Shown here one piece after another: positions 25,509-37,135 of a stretch of 64,000 nt of DNA. Location of the stretch: positions 300,463 to 364,462 of the forward strand of contig JAXLWL010000005.1 of the NCBI GenBank assembly GCA_046328505.1. Direction: 5' to 3'. The translations under genes and the position numbers were made by a program. Below the pieces are notes generated by a model. That model ran no database searches. It had not been told where the DNA came from and worked only from the letters and a program-made list of their open reading frames with translations. How positions within the stretch are numbered: the stretch's first letter is position 1; each line of letters begins with the position of its first letter. The stretch comes from Anaerolineae bacterium. Lineage in GTDB: Bacteria > Chloroflexota > Anaerolineae > Epilineales > JAHCIE01.

Positions 25509-27779
25509 TCAGTTTCCGACAGTAATCGTACCGAGATCGGTCGTATCGCCGACGCCGCCGTCCGTCACAGGTAGGCGCGCCCCGGTCGCCGGATCGTATA
25601 GCCCTACGCGCACGGGGTAGACGCCCGGCGCGGCATCCGGGCGGATGCGCAGCGCATGCGTGTCGGCGATGGTCTGCCCCGGCCGCCAGTTCGCGCTTGG
25701 CGCGTGCCCCGCAAGCGGCGGAGCGTCCGCCTGGGCCACCAGCGGCTCACTGTCGCCGACATGGACAAAGACAGTGTAGTCGGCAGGCAGCGGCCCAGCG
25801 GCGCGCCAGTATAGTGTCAAGGGAACGGTATCGCCGGGCCGCACGTTCGCTGCGCCTAGATCGTAGCCGGCCAGCTGCGCCGCGCTGCCGAAAACAACAT
25901 CCTGCGAGTTTGGTGGCGACCAGCCCTCCGGCTGCACGAAGACGCTGCCTAGCTCGACCGAGTCGCCGGCCGGCTGACCGTCGCGCGTCACCTTCAGGCG
26001 GGTGTCCTTCGCTCGGTCGTAGACGCCGACGACGAGAGGATAGGAGCGCGGCGCGGCGACCTTTTCGCCGACTGGGATGTAGAGCGTGTCGCGCAGGACG
26101 GGGCCGACAGGCCAGCCGCGTGTCGGCTCGCTGCCTAGACCGGGGTAGGTGTCTGTTCCGGCGACGCGCCCGCCGCCAGGCTCACTCCCGACGAGCTGGG
26201 CGAACAGGCTGTAGTCGGTATCCATGGGAGCGGCCGCTTGCCAGTAGAGCGTGACGGGCAGCAGGCCACCGGGCGCGACATCGCTGCCTGCGTCGTAGCC
26301 GAGAAGCCGCACTTTGCCTCCGAACACGTCGTTCAGCCGATACGCGGGACTTGCTGCCTCGATATCGGGCAGCCAGGGCGGGGCGGCGTAGGCCGGAGCG
26401 ATGACCAGGAAGGGGATGGCGGCGGCCAGGACGCCCATCACGGCCAGGACGCCGCCGAGGAGGATGGCCCGGTGGCGCGGCGCGAGCTGGCTCAGGCCCC
26501 ACGCGGCGAGGACCGCGACCGCGCCAATCGCCGGGAACAGGAGCCGCCCTTGCGCCGACTTGATGAGGCTCATCCAGCGCAGCAGGCTGACGAACACCAC
26601 ACCTACCCACGCCAGGAGCAGCGCAAGGATGCCAAGATCCCTCACCCCTGCCCCTCTCCCAGAACGGGCGAGGGAGACAGAGTTCTTCTCCTCCTCTCCT
26701 ATTTTGGCAGAGGGGGCAGGGGGGTGAGGGAATAATCGCCAGACGCCGATAGCCATCCCCACGAGCGCGGCGATGCTAAGCGCGTCGTACACGGCGAACA
26801 TCCACGGCGGGACGGGGACGTTGAACCACCCGAACACACCCCAGAACGAGTGGCGCACGCTGTCTAGCTCCAGGAAGAGCTGCCAGGGGGACGGCCGCGG
26901 CGTGCGGCGGCCCGACAGCGTCAGGTGGATGTCCAGGGCGAGCGGGTCGCCGTAGAGCGTAAAGTTGCGCCAGTAGAACCAGCCGGCGATGGCGAGGGGC
27001 AGCGCGAGCAAGGCCGCATTCCACGCCAGGAAATCGCGCAGCGAGCGCCGCGTCAGCGCGCGGAGGCTGACCACGGCGACGACGAAACCGATCAGCGCGA
27101 GGCCGGAGAGCTTGGAGAGCGCGGCAAGCCCGCCAATGACGCCCAGCGCTAGCAGGTCGCCCCAGCGCGGCGGCCGCCGCAGCCAGTGGACGAGCCGCCA
27201 CAATGCCAGGCTCGACAGGGCGATGATGAGGTTGTCGTTGTTGATGGAGCCGCTCAGGAAGAGGAACTGCGGGACGAAGACGACGAAGAGAGCGGCGGCG
27301 GCCGGGAGCACGTTGTCGTCGGGAAACGTTTCCTGCGCCAGCCCATAGACGCTGAGTACCGTGACCAAGCCCAGGATGACACTGAGCCAGCGCACGGTCT
27401 GCGCGGCCTCGGCGGCCCCCTGGAACGGCGCGCGCGAGACGGGCAGGACGGAGTTGCGATTGCCGGGCAGGTCGGCGCGGCCGATGTTGGCGTGGGGATT
27501 GCGCTGGATGACGTCGAGGGCATTCGACGTGTCGATGCCGCGAATGAGCGCCGCGCCGAGCAGATAGTACAGCGGCGGCTGCGTGCCTTCCTGCCGCCAC
27601 AGCGGGCGCTCGTCGGCGGTCACGACGGCGAGGCCTTGCCCGTCGGCCAGGTGCTTGACGTACCAGAAGTGCCACGTCTCGTCGGGCGTTTCGAACAGAG
27701 GCGTCACCCAGGCGTAGACAAGCGCCAGGAGCAGGTAGACGCCGCCGATGACGGCCAGGGAGACATACTTCGTTTTCAT
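25509..27779 (-). CDS. GT-C fold integral membrane glycosyltransferase (GT39/DUF2142-like) with two C-terminal Ig-like domains
   Basis: TPLFETPDETWH, QPPLYY, INNDNL, LSKLSG, QGRLLFP; many TM helices; two VTLYW..A.P...DY..F repeats. Start MKTKYV at 27779. Confidence 0.8.
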   Translation of the reverse strand: MKTKYVSLAVIGGVYLLLALVYAWVTPLFETPDETWHFWYVKHLADGQGLAVVTADERPLWRQEGTQPPLYYLLGAALIRGIDTSNALDVIQRNPHANIGRADLPGNRNSVLPVSRAPFQGAAEAAQTVRWLSVILGLVTVLSVYGLAQETFPDDNVLPAAAALFVVFVPQFLFLSGSINNDNLIIALSSLALWRLVHWLRRPPRWGDLLALGVIGGLAALSKLSGLALIGFVVAVVSLRALTRRSLRDFLAWNAALLALPLAIAGWFYWRNFTLYGDPLALDIHLTLSGRRTPRPSPWQLFLELDSVRHSFWGVFGWFNVPVPPWMFAVYDALSIAALVGMAIGVWRLFPHPPAPSAKIGEEEKNSVSLARSGRGAGVRDLGILALLLAWVGVVFVSLLRWMSLIKSAQGRLLFPAIGAVAVLAAWGLSQLAPRHRAILLGGVLAVMGVLAAAIPFLVIAPAYAAPPWLPDIEAASPAYRLNDVFGGKVRLLGYDAGSDVAPGGLLPVTLYWQAAAPMDTDYSLFAQLVGSEPGGGRVAGTDTYPGLGSEPTRGWPVGPVLRDTLYIPVGEKVAAPRSYPLVVGVYDRAKDTRLKVTRDGQPAGDSVELGSVFVQPEGWSPPNSQDVVFGSAAQLAGYDLGAANVRPGDTVPLTLYWRAAGPLPADYTVFVHVGDSEPLVAQADAPPLAGHAPSANWRPGQTIADTHALRIRPDAAPGVYPVRVGLYDPATGARLPVTDGGVGDTTDLGTITVGN
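26639..26730. repeat. CCCTCACCCC/CCTCTCCC-type REP pair lying in frame inside the glycosyltransferase gene
   Basis: ccctcacccctgcccctctccc ... gagggggcaggggggtgaggg; resembles the intergenic pair at 21272-21364. Confidence 0.65.
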
Positions 27780-27917
27780 CGCCGCCGAATTATAGCAGCT
27801 ATGGCGGTGGACACGTAGTGTCGATGGTAAACTCCTTCCCAGCGTTTGCCCCACGCCTTGCCTGCCGGTATAATTGAGGCGGAAGCGTCGTACCTCGCTT
27901 CAGGATGGACTCCCTTT

Positions 27918-29234
27918 ATGAGCCAAGCCTCACAACCCGCTCAGACCGGCGGGCGCGCCGCTGATGTCGCCTTCACCGCCCGCTGTGTTCAACGCGGCGA
28001 GCATGCCTCCATAGTCGGCGTCAACAACATGGGCAAGACGGCGGTCCTGCGAGCGATGACGAGCCTGCCGAATGGCCCGATGGCCATCTACATCGACTGC
28101 AACCGCGTGCTGGAGTGGACAGAGGTCGGCTTCTATGAGCTGGTCATCCGCGCCATCCTCGACGCTCTGCCCCACGACTCGCCGTGCCGTCCCGGCGCTG
28201 AGCGCGCCCATGCCACCCTGGTTCTGGCCAACTCGCACCTGGAGGATGCCTATGCGTTCGTCCAGTCGCTTGGGGAGGTCATTCACAGCCTCGGGCGCGT
28301 GGCCCTCTTGCTGGACGAACTGGACGACCTCCTGCGCCGCCTCGACGCCCGGGTGTTCCTCAACCTGCGCGCCCTCGCCGACCAGTACGGTCAGTCGCTG
28401 ACGCTCATTACGGCGACGAGCCACCGCTTGCCGCTGCTGCGGGCGGACGTCGAACCGTTCTACGAGCTGTTTACCTATCGCACGCGCTATCTCGCCCCGC
28501 TCAACAACGATGAAGCCCACGGGTACATTCGCGACTACGCTGCCGAGGCGGGCTGTATCGTGACGCAGCCGTTGGCCGACTTCATTCACGCCCAGGCCGA
28601 CGGCCACCCCGGTCTGCTCCGCGCTCTGACCTACCTGGTCGCCGGGCTGATTGAGGGCGGCGGACAGAATGACGGAGCCATTGTACGGCAGGCGGAGTCG
28701 GCGCTGGCCTTCGACCAGAACGTCCAGGCCGAGTGCGCCGCGATCTGGAACGAGCTTTTCGACGACGAGCGCGAAGCTCTGGCCCAGGCAGCGGCCGGTC
28801 AGACTCCCGGCGAGCCGGCGAACAGCTACCTGCGCGCCAAACACCTGGTGAGGCCTGCCGGCAACGGGTACGCGTTGCTTTGCCCCGTCTTCGCCGACTT
28901 CGTGGTGCGCACGCGGCGGGTACGCCCGACCGGGCAGAACGGCCTGCGCGTCGATACCGAGCGCGGTGATGTTTACGTCGACGGCAAGGCGATCCCGCCG
29001 CTCACTGACCTGGAATACCGGCTCCTGGCCCTGCTCTACCAGCGTCACGATCAGATTGTGGACAAGTATCAGATTGTGGAGAACGTCTGGGGCGAGTCGT
29101 ACCTGGACCAGGTAGACGACGACCGCATCGAGCGCCTGGTGGCGCGCCTGCGGGAGAAGGTCGAGCCGGACCCGCGCCAGCCGCGCTTCGTGACGACGGT
29201 GCGCGGTCGCGGCTACCGCCTCCGGACGGAGTGA
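27918..29234 (+). CDS. AAA/STAND-like NTPase with a C-terminal OmpR/PhoB-type winged-helix DNA-binding domain
   Basis: Walker A GVNNMGKT, Walker B LLLDELD, C-terminal LTDLEYRLL..L...VW...RLVARLREKVEPDP..PRFVTTVRGRGY. Confidence 0.8.
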   Translation: MSQASQPAQTGGRAADVAFTARCVQRGEHASIVGVNNMGKTAVLRAMTSLPNGPMAIYIDCNRVLEWTEVGFYELVIRAILDALPHDSPCRPGAERAHATLVLANSHLEDAYAFVQSLGEVIHSLGRVALLLDELDDLLRRLDARVFLNLRALADQYGQSLTLITATSHRLPLLRADVEPFYELFTYRTRYLAPLNNDEAHGYIRDYAAEAGCIVTQPLADFIHAQADGHPGLLRALTYLVAGLIEGGGQNDGAIVRQAESALAFDQNVQAECAAIWNELFDDEREALAQAAAGQTPGEPANSYLRAKHLVRPAGNGYALLCPVFADFVVRTRRVRPTGQNGLRVDTERGDVYVDGKAIPPLTDLEYRLLALLYQRHDQIVDKYQIVENVWGESYLDQVDDDRIERLVARLREKVEPDPRQPRFVTTVRGRGYRLRTE

Positions 29235-29235
29235 G

Positions 29236-29590
29236 GCAACGCAGAGGCGCAGAGAACACAGACACTATAGCGTCATTGCGAGGACGACGATAGGAGGACG
29301 AAGCAATCTCTCGCTGGGCGAAACACGGAATTTCCCGTGCTACCCGGCCCTTCGCAAGGGCGTGAAATCGCTTCGCTTCGCTGCTCAGAACACAAGTTGC
29401 GGTGTCGCTGCGAGGAGGGCAACAGCCCGACGAAGCAGCCTCCCGATACGTGAAGCGGAGCTGATAGCGGCTTAGAGCGCCTCTCGTGGCGGCGCGAGAT
29501 TGCTTCGCTTCGCTCGCAATGACAGCTTGACGGTGTTCTCGTGTTGGCGCGTGCCGCCACACGGCATGGTGATCTCGCAATGACTCGGAA
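29236..29590. repeat. Cluster of CGTC-type REP units between convergent genes
   Basis: cgtcattgcgagg...gacgaagcaatctc, tgtcgctgcgagg...gacgaagcagcctccc, gagattgcttcgcttcgctcgcaatgac, ctcgcaatgac; also acgcagaggcgcagag. Confidence 0.8.
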
Positions 29591-29595
29591 ATGGC

Positions 29596-30780
29596 TCACA
29601 AGCTGCCGCGGTAGATTTCGGTCCAGTCCTCGACGGTCGGCTGGAGTGGGCTGCGGCGAATCAGATCCGTCTCGCGCAGCGTAATCTCGACCAGGTACGG
29701 CAGGTCCGCCTCTCCCACGCCGGCAGCCTCTCTTAGCCCTGGTAGCCCCACTCTCCGGTATAGATCAGCAATCATCGGCGCCACCATCGCCGCGGCCTCT
29801 TCATCCGAGGTTGTCGCGCACGAGGGATCGAGGGCGCGGGCGACTCGCGCCAGGCGCGTCTCGGCCGCTGGCCGGATGTAGTCCAGGGCGGCGGGCAGGG
29901 CGATGGCGCACGCGATGCCGTGGGGCATGTGGTACGCGACGCCGACCGCGTGGCCGACGGCGTGTCCCAGGTGGACCAGGGCGTTGGCGAACGCCTGCCC
30001 GGCCATGACCGCAGCCAGGCTCATGCCGGCCCGCGCCTCCATGTCGGCCCCATTCTCGACCGCCCGCACCAGGAAACGCCCGATCAGCTCCAGGGCCGCG
30101 ACGGCAAGGGCGTCGGCGATGGGGTTGGCCGTCTTCGAGGTCATGGCCTCGGCGGCGTGGGAGAGGGCGTCGAAGCCTGTTGAGGCGGTTAGCTTCGGCG
30201 GGAGCGAGACCGTCAGCGCGGGATCCACGAGCGCGAGGGCGGGCGCGATGTGGGCATGGAACAGCGTGCGCTTGATGCCCTGCTCGGGGTCGGTGACGAC
30301 GGCGATGGGCGTGACCTCGGCGCCGGTGCCGGACGTGGTCGGCATGCAGATGAGCGGCGCGATGACAGGGGTCGGCCGTGTCGCGCCGGGCACGAAGTAC
30401 GCCACGATGCTCTCGCCGCCGCCGGCCGCCAGGACAGCCGTCGCCTTGGCCGTGTCCATGGCGCTTCCGCCGCCCAGGGCGATGAACCCATCGGCGCCGC
30501 TGGATCGGAAGGCTTCGGCGCCGTGGCTAATGCTGGCGACATCCGGGTCCGGCACGACGTCGCCGAAAACCGTGACCGCCAGCCCAGCCTCGCGGAGCCG
30601 CGCCTGCGCCGCCGCGACCATCTCGGTGTCACGCAGGCCCGGATCCGTCACCAGGAAGGCGTGGCGTATCTTGAGCTTCGCGGCCTCCTTGCCCAGCCGC
30701 GCCAGCGCTCCGACGCCGAACTGCAACGGTGTGGTGGATTGGAAGCGAAAGTCACGCTCCACTGACGGCTCCCCGCTCAT
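29596..30780 (-). CDS. Iron-containing alcohol dehydrogenase
   Basis: LVTDPG, ALGGGSAMDTAK, PTTSGTGAEVT, TGFDALSHA, HLGHAVGH, HGIACA. Confidence 0.9.
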   Translation of the reverse strand: MSGEPSVERDFRFQSTTPLQFGVGALARLGKEAAKLKIRHAFLVTDPGLRDTEMVAAAQARLREAGLAVTVFGDVVPDPDVASISHGAEAFRSSGADGFIALGGGSAMDTAKATAVLAAGGGESIVAYFVPGATRPTPVIAPLICMPTTSGTGAEVTPIAVVTDPEQGIKRTLFHAHIAPALALVDPALTVSLPPKLTASTGFDALSHAAEAMTSKTANPIADALAVAALELIGRFLVRAVENGADMEARAGMSLAAVMAGQAFANALVHLGHAVGHAVGVAYHMPHGIACAIALPAALDYIRPAAETRLARVARALDPSCATTSDEEAAAMVAPMIADLYRRVGLPGLREAAGVGEADLPYLVEITLRETDLIRRSPLQPTVEDWTEIYRGSL

Positions 30781-31771
30781 GTTCCCTCCTCTGCACGAAG
30801 GCGCCGTCTACCGCCGCTGCTCGCAGCGCTGCCTCCACATCGATGACCGGCGGCCCGTCGGCGCTCAGGCGCAGCTTCAGCGTCTCACCCTGGCGTAGGG
30901 ACACCTCGCGTTCGCCGTCCAGCGCCAGCACGGCCGGCGCGGCGTCGACGCTAATCTCGTCCCCCACGGCCAATGGGCGAAAGGCGGCTATCCCGATGGG
31001 GCGCACGTCGCCGGGCGCCACCGCCGCCAGCACCGTCGGCCCGCCCTTGCCGAGCATCACCCAGGCGCCATAGTCTGGCCCGGTAGCGATGGCCTCCGGC
31101 AGCGCGCCCGGCACCGACGACAGCCCGATGACATTGGGCGCGACGTGGGTGACGGCGATGCCGCGCACGCGACTCATGTCCCACACGGCGCGGGCGCCGA
31201 TGAACCGGTCGGCATAGACGGCGATGTCCACGAGGGCCATGTCGATGACCTCGCCATCGCGGACCACATCCAGGCGTCGAGTCGGGCGGATGGCGTCGTC
31301 GGCCGAGACGCGGCCGGTCGCGACGCAGCCCGCCGCGAGACCGGCCAGCGTCGCGTCGACCATGCGCGGGAAGACGTTGTTGGTGCCGGTGGAGATGGGC
31401 AGTAGAGGCACGCGCCCGGAGCCTTTGGCGACGGCGCGGTTGGTACCGTCGCCGCCGAGCGTGATGATGCAGGCGACGCCGGCCTCGGCCATGAGGCGCG
31501 CCGCGTGGGTCGAGTCGGCCTGGTTGAACAGGGGGGCCATCTCCAGGGTGCGCACGGCGAGGCTCAGGTGAGTCTTCTCGATTGCGCGCTGGCCGATGTT
31601 GAAGGAGTCCGGCATCATGAGCACGTCGCGGACGCCCAGGGCGTCGAGGGAGGCCAGGAGGCGGCGGACGATGTTGACCTTCTCGTGGTTATCGAACGTC
31701 GAGGCGTGGGCAACGACGCGGCGGATGTCCTTACCGGACTGTGGGTTGGCGATAATGCCGACTGTGGTCAA
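30752..31771 (-). CDS. ATP-NAD kinase family protein, AcoX-like
   Basis: GIIANPQSGKDIRRVVAHA, TLGGDGTNR, PISTGTNNVFP, LALDGERE; TTG start. Confidence 0.8.
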   Translation of the reverse strand: MTTVGIIANPQSGKDIRRVVAHASTFDNHEKVNIVRRLLASLDALGVRDVLMMPDSFNIGQRAIEKTHLSLAVRTLEMAPLFNQADSTHAARLMAEAGVACIITLGGDGTNRAVAKGSGRVPLLPISTGTNNVFPRMVDATLAGLAAGCVATGRVSADDAIRPTRRLDVVRDGEVIDMALVDIAVYADRFIGARAVWDMSRVRGIAVTHVAPNVIGLSSVPGALPEAIATGPDYGAWVMLGKGGPTVLAAVAPGDVRPIGIAAFRPLAVGDEISVDAAPAVLALDGEREVSLRQGETLKLRLSADGPPVIDVEAALRAAAVDGAFVQRREHERGAVSGA

Positions 31772-31857
31772 AGAAGTTTCCTTGCGTTCTTGCGTTACCC
31801 GTCATTACGAGCAGACCGTATCGGTGGCAGCATACGCCGACAGAGGAACACTGCCGT

Positions 31858-32105
31858 ACCGTCATTGCGAGCGCAGTCTATATGACCCTTGGGTCACCCG
31901 TAAGTATGAAAATGTCATGCTGAGCGGAGCGAAGCATCCCGGTGCCGTTGGAGGCCCTTCGCTACGCTCAGGGCGACAGCCGCGCTATTTTCATCTCAGC
32001 GAAGCAATCCCCCGCTGTCGCAAGTGACGGTCTATATGGCGAGCGCGTGTCTATCACCCACCGGGAGGCTGCTTCGTCCTCCTACCGTCGTCCTCGCAGC
32101 GACTC
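31858..32105. repeat. Nested CGTC-type REP cluster
   Basis: cgtcattgcgagcgcag [insert] agcgaagcaatc, followed by gggaggctgcttcgtcc...ctcgcagcgac. Confidence 0.75.
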
Positions 32106-32110
32106 AGGTT

Positions 32111-33462
32111 CTAGGGGAATGACGTGCGCAGCCACGCCCACGGTGAGACGTAGACGCCGTTAACGCGCACTTCCCAGTGAAGGTGCGCGCCGGTCGAGAG
32201 GCCGGTGCTGCCGACGCGGCCGAGAATCGTGCCGGTCTCGACGCGCTGGCCCGGCTTTACTAGAATCTGGGACATGTGAAAGTAGCCGGTGTAGACGCCC
32301 ATGCCATGGTCCACCCACACGGTATTGCCGCGCACGGTCAGCGGCTCGGCGAGCGCGACGACACCCGGCGCGGCAGCCGGAATAGGCGTGCCATACGGGA
32401 CGCCGAAGTCCAACCCTTCGTGGGCTGACGGGCGGTTGTCGTTGGCGATGCGCCGCTCATAGTTCGAGGTCAGGCGGGCATGCGACGGGATGGTGAAGAG
32501 GCTGTCCCACATCGGCTCCGGCGCCCCGGCCTTGAACATCTGGGCCAGCCGCCCGTTCTCCGCAGCGCGCAGGTCTGGGTCGAGGAGCTGCGCTGTTTGC
32601 GGGTCATATGTGATGTGTTGGGTCGGGAAGTCGCCCTCCAGCACCGGAACAGGGATGGTCAGCGTCACCGGCTCACCGCCGTCGGGCGTCGCTGTCAGTG
32701 TCAGGGAATGCTCGCCCACGTCGCTCAGGATGTGAATTCCGATTAGCCCCTTGACGGCCCGCGGGCCGTCCGAGACGAAGGGGATGCCCTGATACTCGTA
32801 GAGGTTGTCAAGCTCGGGGCTGTGGTACGTCGCGGTGACCCGCGCCGGCTGCGTCAGGGAGACGCTGACCTTGACCGTATCTCCTTGCGTGGGTTGCGAC
32901 GGGTCGAGGGTGACACTCGCGAAGGGGCGGGGGAGCGGCGTGTCCGGCTCCGCCGGTCTGGCCGGCGCGGTCGCTGCCGGTGTATCGGGCGGCGGCGGCA
33001 CGATGGACGCAGCCGCCGTGGCGTCCTGGCTGCTCGCGCCGTCGTCGTCGAGCACGATCTTCTCGCCGGGGTAGATGAGGTTGGGGTTGGCGATGTTGTT
33101 GCGGCGGGCCAGGTCGGGGACCGTCGTTCCGAAACGCGCGGCGATGGCGCTCAAGGTGTCGCCGGACTGGACGACGTAGCTGGTCGCACCCTGGGCGAAG
33201 GCGCTCGGCACGGCAAGGAGTACGGCCAAGAGTATCAGGAACGCAAAGACGCAAAGACGCAAAGGCAGACGGAAGTGCAGGGATCCCTTCGGCGACGCCT
33301 GGCACTCAAGTGCCAGGCTGAAAGGGGAAAGCCCACTGAAGTGGGCTGGCTTGGCAACCTCCTGCCCAACCGAGCCTGCTTCAGCAGGCTTTGCCCTCTC
33401 AGCCACCGACTTGAGTCGGTGGTGTCGGCGGGCGTCGTTCAGCATGACACGGGGATAGCGTT

Positions 33463-33466
<4 letters not shown>
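32111..33466 (-). CDS. LysM + M23 peptidoglycan peptidase
   Basis: [17 protein letters not shown] LysM; [28 protein letters not shown]23 motifs. GTG start at 33466 has GGAGGT SD and a GTGA overlap with the clpA stop. Confidence 0.85.
33241..33450. repeat. Cluster of four variable-stem hairpins with CTCAAG/CTTGAG/CTGAAG/CTTCAG loops plus GCAAAGAC repeats, inside the 5' coding region of the M23 gene
   Basis: gcctggcactcaagtgccaggc, agcccactgaagtgggct, agcctgcttcagcaggct, ccaccgacttgagtcggtgg. Confidence 0.7.
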
Positions 33467-35736
<2,270 letters not shown>

Positions 35737-35739
35737 GAC

Positions 35740-36054
35740 CTATTCTTCTTCCAGCGTGCACAGTAGGGGGAATTCATTCTCACGCGCGAGCTGTGTGACC
35801 TGCGCTACCTTCATCTCGGCAATCTCATAAGTGAAGACGCCGGCCACGCCGACACCGGCCTGGTGAACGTGGAGCATGATGCGTGTGGCATCCCTGCTAC
35901 TGTGCCGGAAGATGGTACGCAAGATATAGACCACGAAATCCATCGTGGTATAGTCGTCGTTGTGGAGCAGCACCTTGTAGAGCCGAGGCTTCTCAACCTG
36001 TCGCTTCGTCTCAGTGAGGATGCTCTCATCGCGGTCCCACTCAAACTCGGGCAT
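35740..36054 (-). CDS. clpS: ATP-dependent Clp protease adaptor ClpS
   Basis: YKVLLHNDDYTTMDFVV, IMLHVH..GVGVAG, FPLLCTLEEE. Start may be 36054 or 36069. Confidence 0.92.
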   Translation of the reverse strand: MPEFEWDRDESILTETKRQVEKPRLYKVLLHNDDYTTMDFVVYILRTIFRHSSRDATRIMLHVHQAGVGVAGVFTYEIAEMKVAQVTQLARENEFPLLCTLEEE

Positions 36055-36117
36055 GCGTCTCTGCTCCACGCGATTAGCGATCTATCAACGGATGCCGTAA
36101 CGGATATAGGAGCTACT

Positions 36118-36609
36118 ATGACGGACTTCCTGGTCCGCGCCCTCAGCCCATCTGACGCCGTCTGGGTGCGCGCCCGGATCGCCGATCACTGGGGCGCAGC
36201 GTTTGTCGTTGTTCACAGCGTCGTCTATTACCCTGATACCCTGCCCGGCTTCGCAGCGCTCGAAGACGGTCGCGTGGTCGGCCTCCTCACCTATACCTTG
36301 GCCGACGACGCCTGCGAGATCGTCTCGATTGACAGCGAGCGCAGTGGCCGCGGAATAGGGACGGCGCTCATCGACGCCGCCGTCGGAATGGCGGGAGCGG
36401 CGCGCTGCCGGCGAGTCTGGCTCATCACGACGAACGACAACCTGGACGCGCTGCGTTTCTACCAGCGGCGGGGCTTTCGCCTCGTCGCCGTTTACCCCAA
36501 CGCGGTTGAGGCGGCGCGTCTGCTCAAGCCGCAGATCCCGCTCGTCGGCGACTACGGCATCCCCATCCGCGATGAACTCGAGCTGGAGATGCCTCTTCAA
36601 GTCCCCTAA
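36118..36609 (+). CDS. GNAT family N-acetyltransferase
   Basis: GRGIGTALI, LITTNDNLDALRFYQRRGF; AGGAG SD before ATG 36118. Confidence 0.85.
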   Translation: MTDFLVRALSPSDAVWVRARIADHWGAAFVVVHSVVYYPDTLPGFAALEDGRVVGLLTYTLADDACEIVSIDSERSGRGIGTALIDAAVGMAGAARCRRVWLITTNDNLDALRFYQRRGFRLVAVYPNAVEAARLLKPQIPLVGDYGIPIRDELELEMPLQVP

Positions 36610-36714
36610 TGATACTCCCAGTCGGTGTAATTAACGAGTTGCCACTTCGCGCCATTGGGAGTACGATAGGAGCCAGCCTTCACGCCTCTCCCACGGGAGA
36701 GAGGTAAGAGACAC

Positions 36715-37095
36715 ATGACGCGCTTTCTCATCATCAGTCTCGGCGCGATTGTCGGCGCGAACCTCCGCTACCTCATCCAGACGTGGTTCAGCGACCGCGG
36801 CTGGGCTGCCTTCCCCTACGCGACGATGCTCATCAACGTCACCGGCGCCTTCATCCTGGCGCTGTTCGTGACCCTGGCGACTGAGCGCCTGGCGCTCGAC
36901 CCCAACTACCGGCTGCTCATCGCCGTCGGATTCTGCGGGGCGTTCACCACCTTCTCGTCGTTGACGTACGAGACGTGGACGGTGGGGCAGGCATCTGGCT
37001 GGTGGCTGGCCCTGGTCAATCTCGGCGGCAGCGCTGTTTTGGGAATGTTGGCGACGTTCCTGGGCGTCATCGCGGCGCGGGCCTTGTGGCGGTAG
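36715..37095 (+). CDS. crcB: Fluoride efflux channel Fluc/CrcB
   Basis: GAIVGANLRY, FPYATMLINVTGAF, GFCGAFTTFSS. Confidence 0.93.
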   Translation: MTRFLIISLGAIVGANLRYLIQTWFSDRGWAAFPYATMLINVTGAFILALFVTLATERLALDPNYRLLIAVGFCGAFTTFSSLTYETWTVGQASGWWLALVNLGGSAVLGMLATFLGVIAARALWR

Positions 37096-37135
37096 GTAGG
37101 GTCAACGTGGACTCGATTGCGTTCGGGAGGAACAC

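Noticed and set aside
29236-29590. Clustered GTCATTGCGAG units as a CRISPR array
   Set aside because: The units alternate orientation, vary internally and are dispersed over many intergenic sites, which fits REP-like elements.
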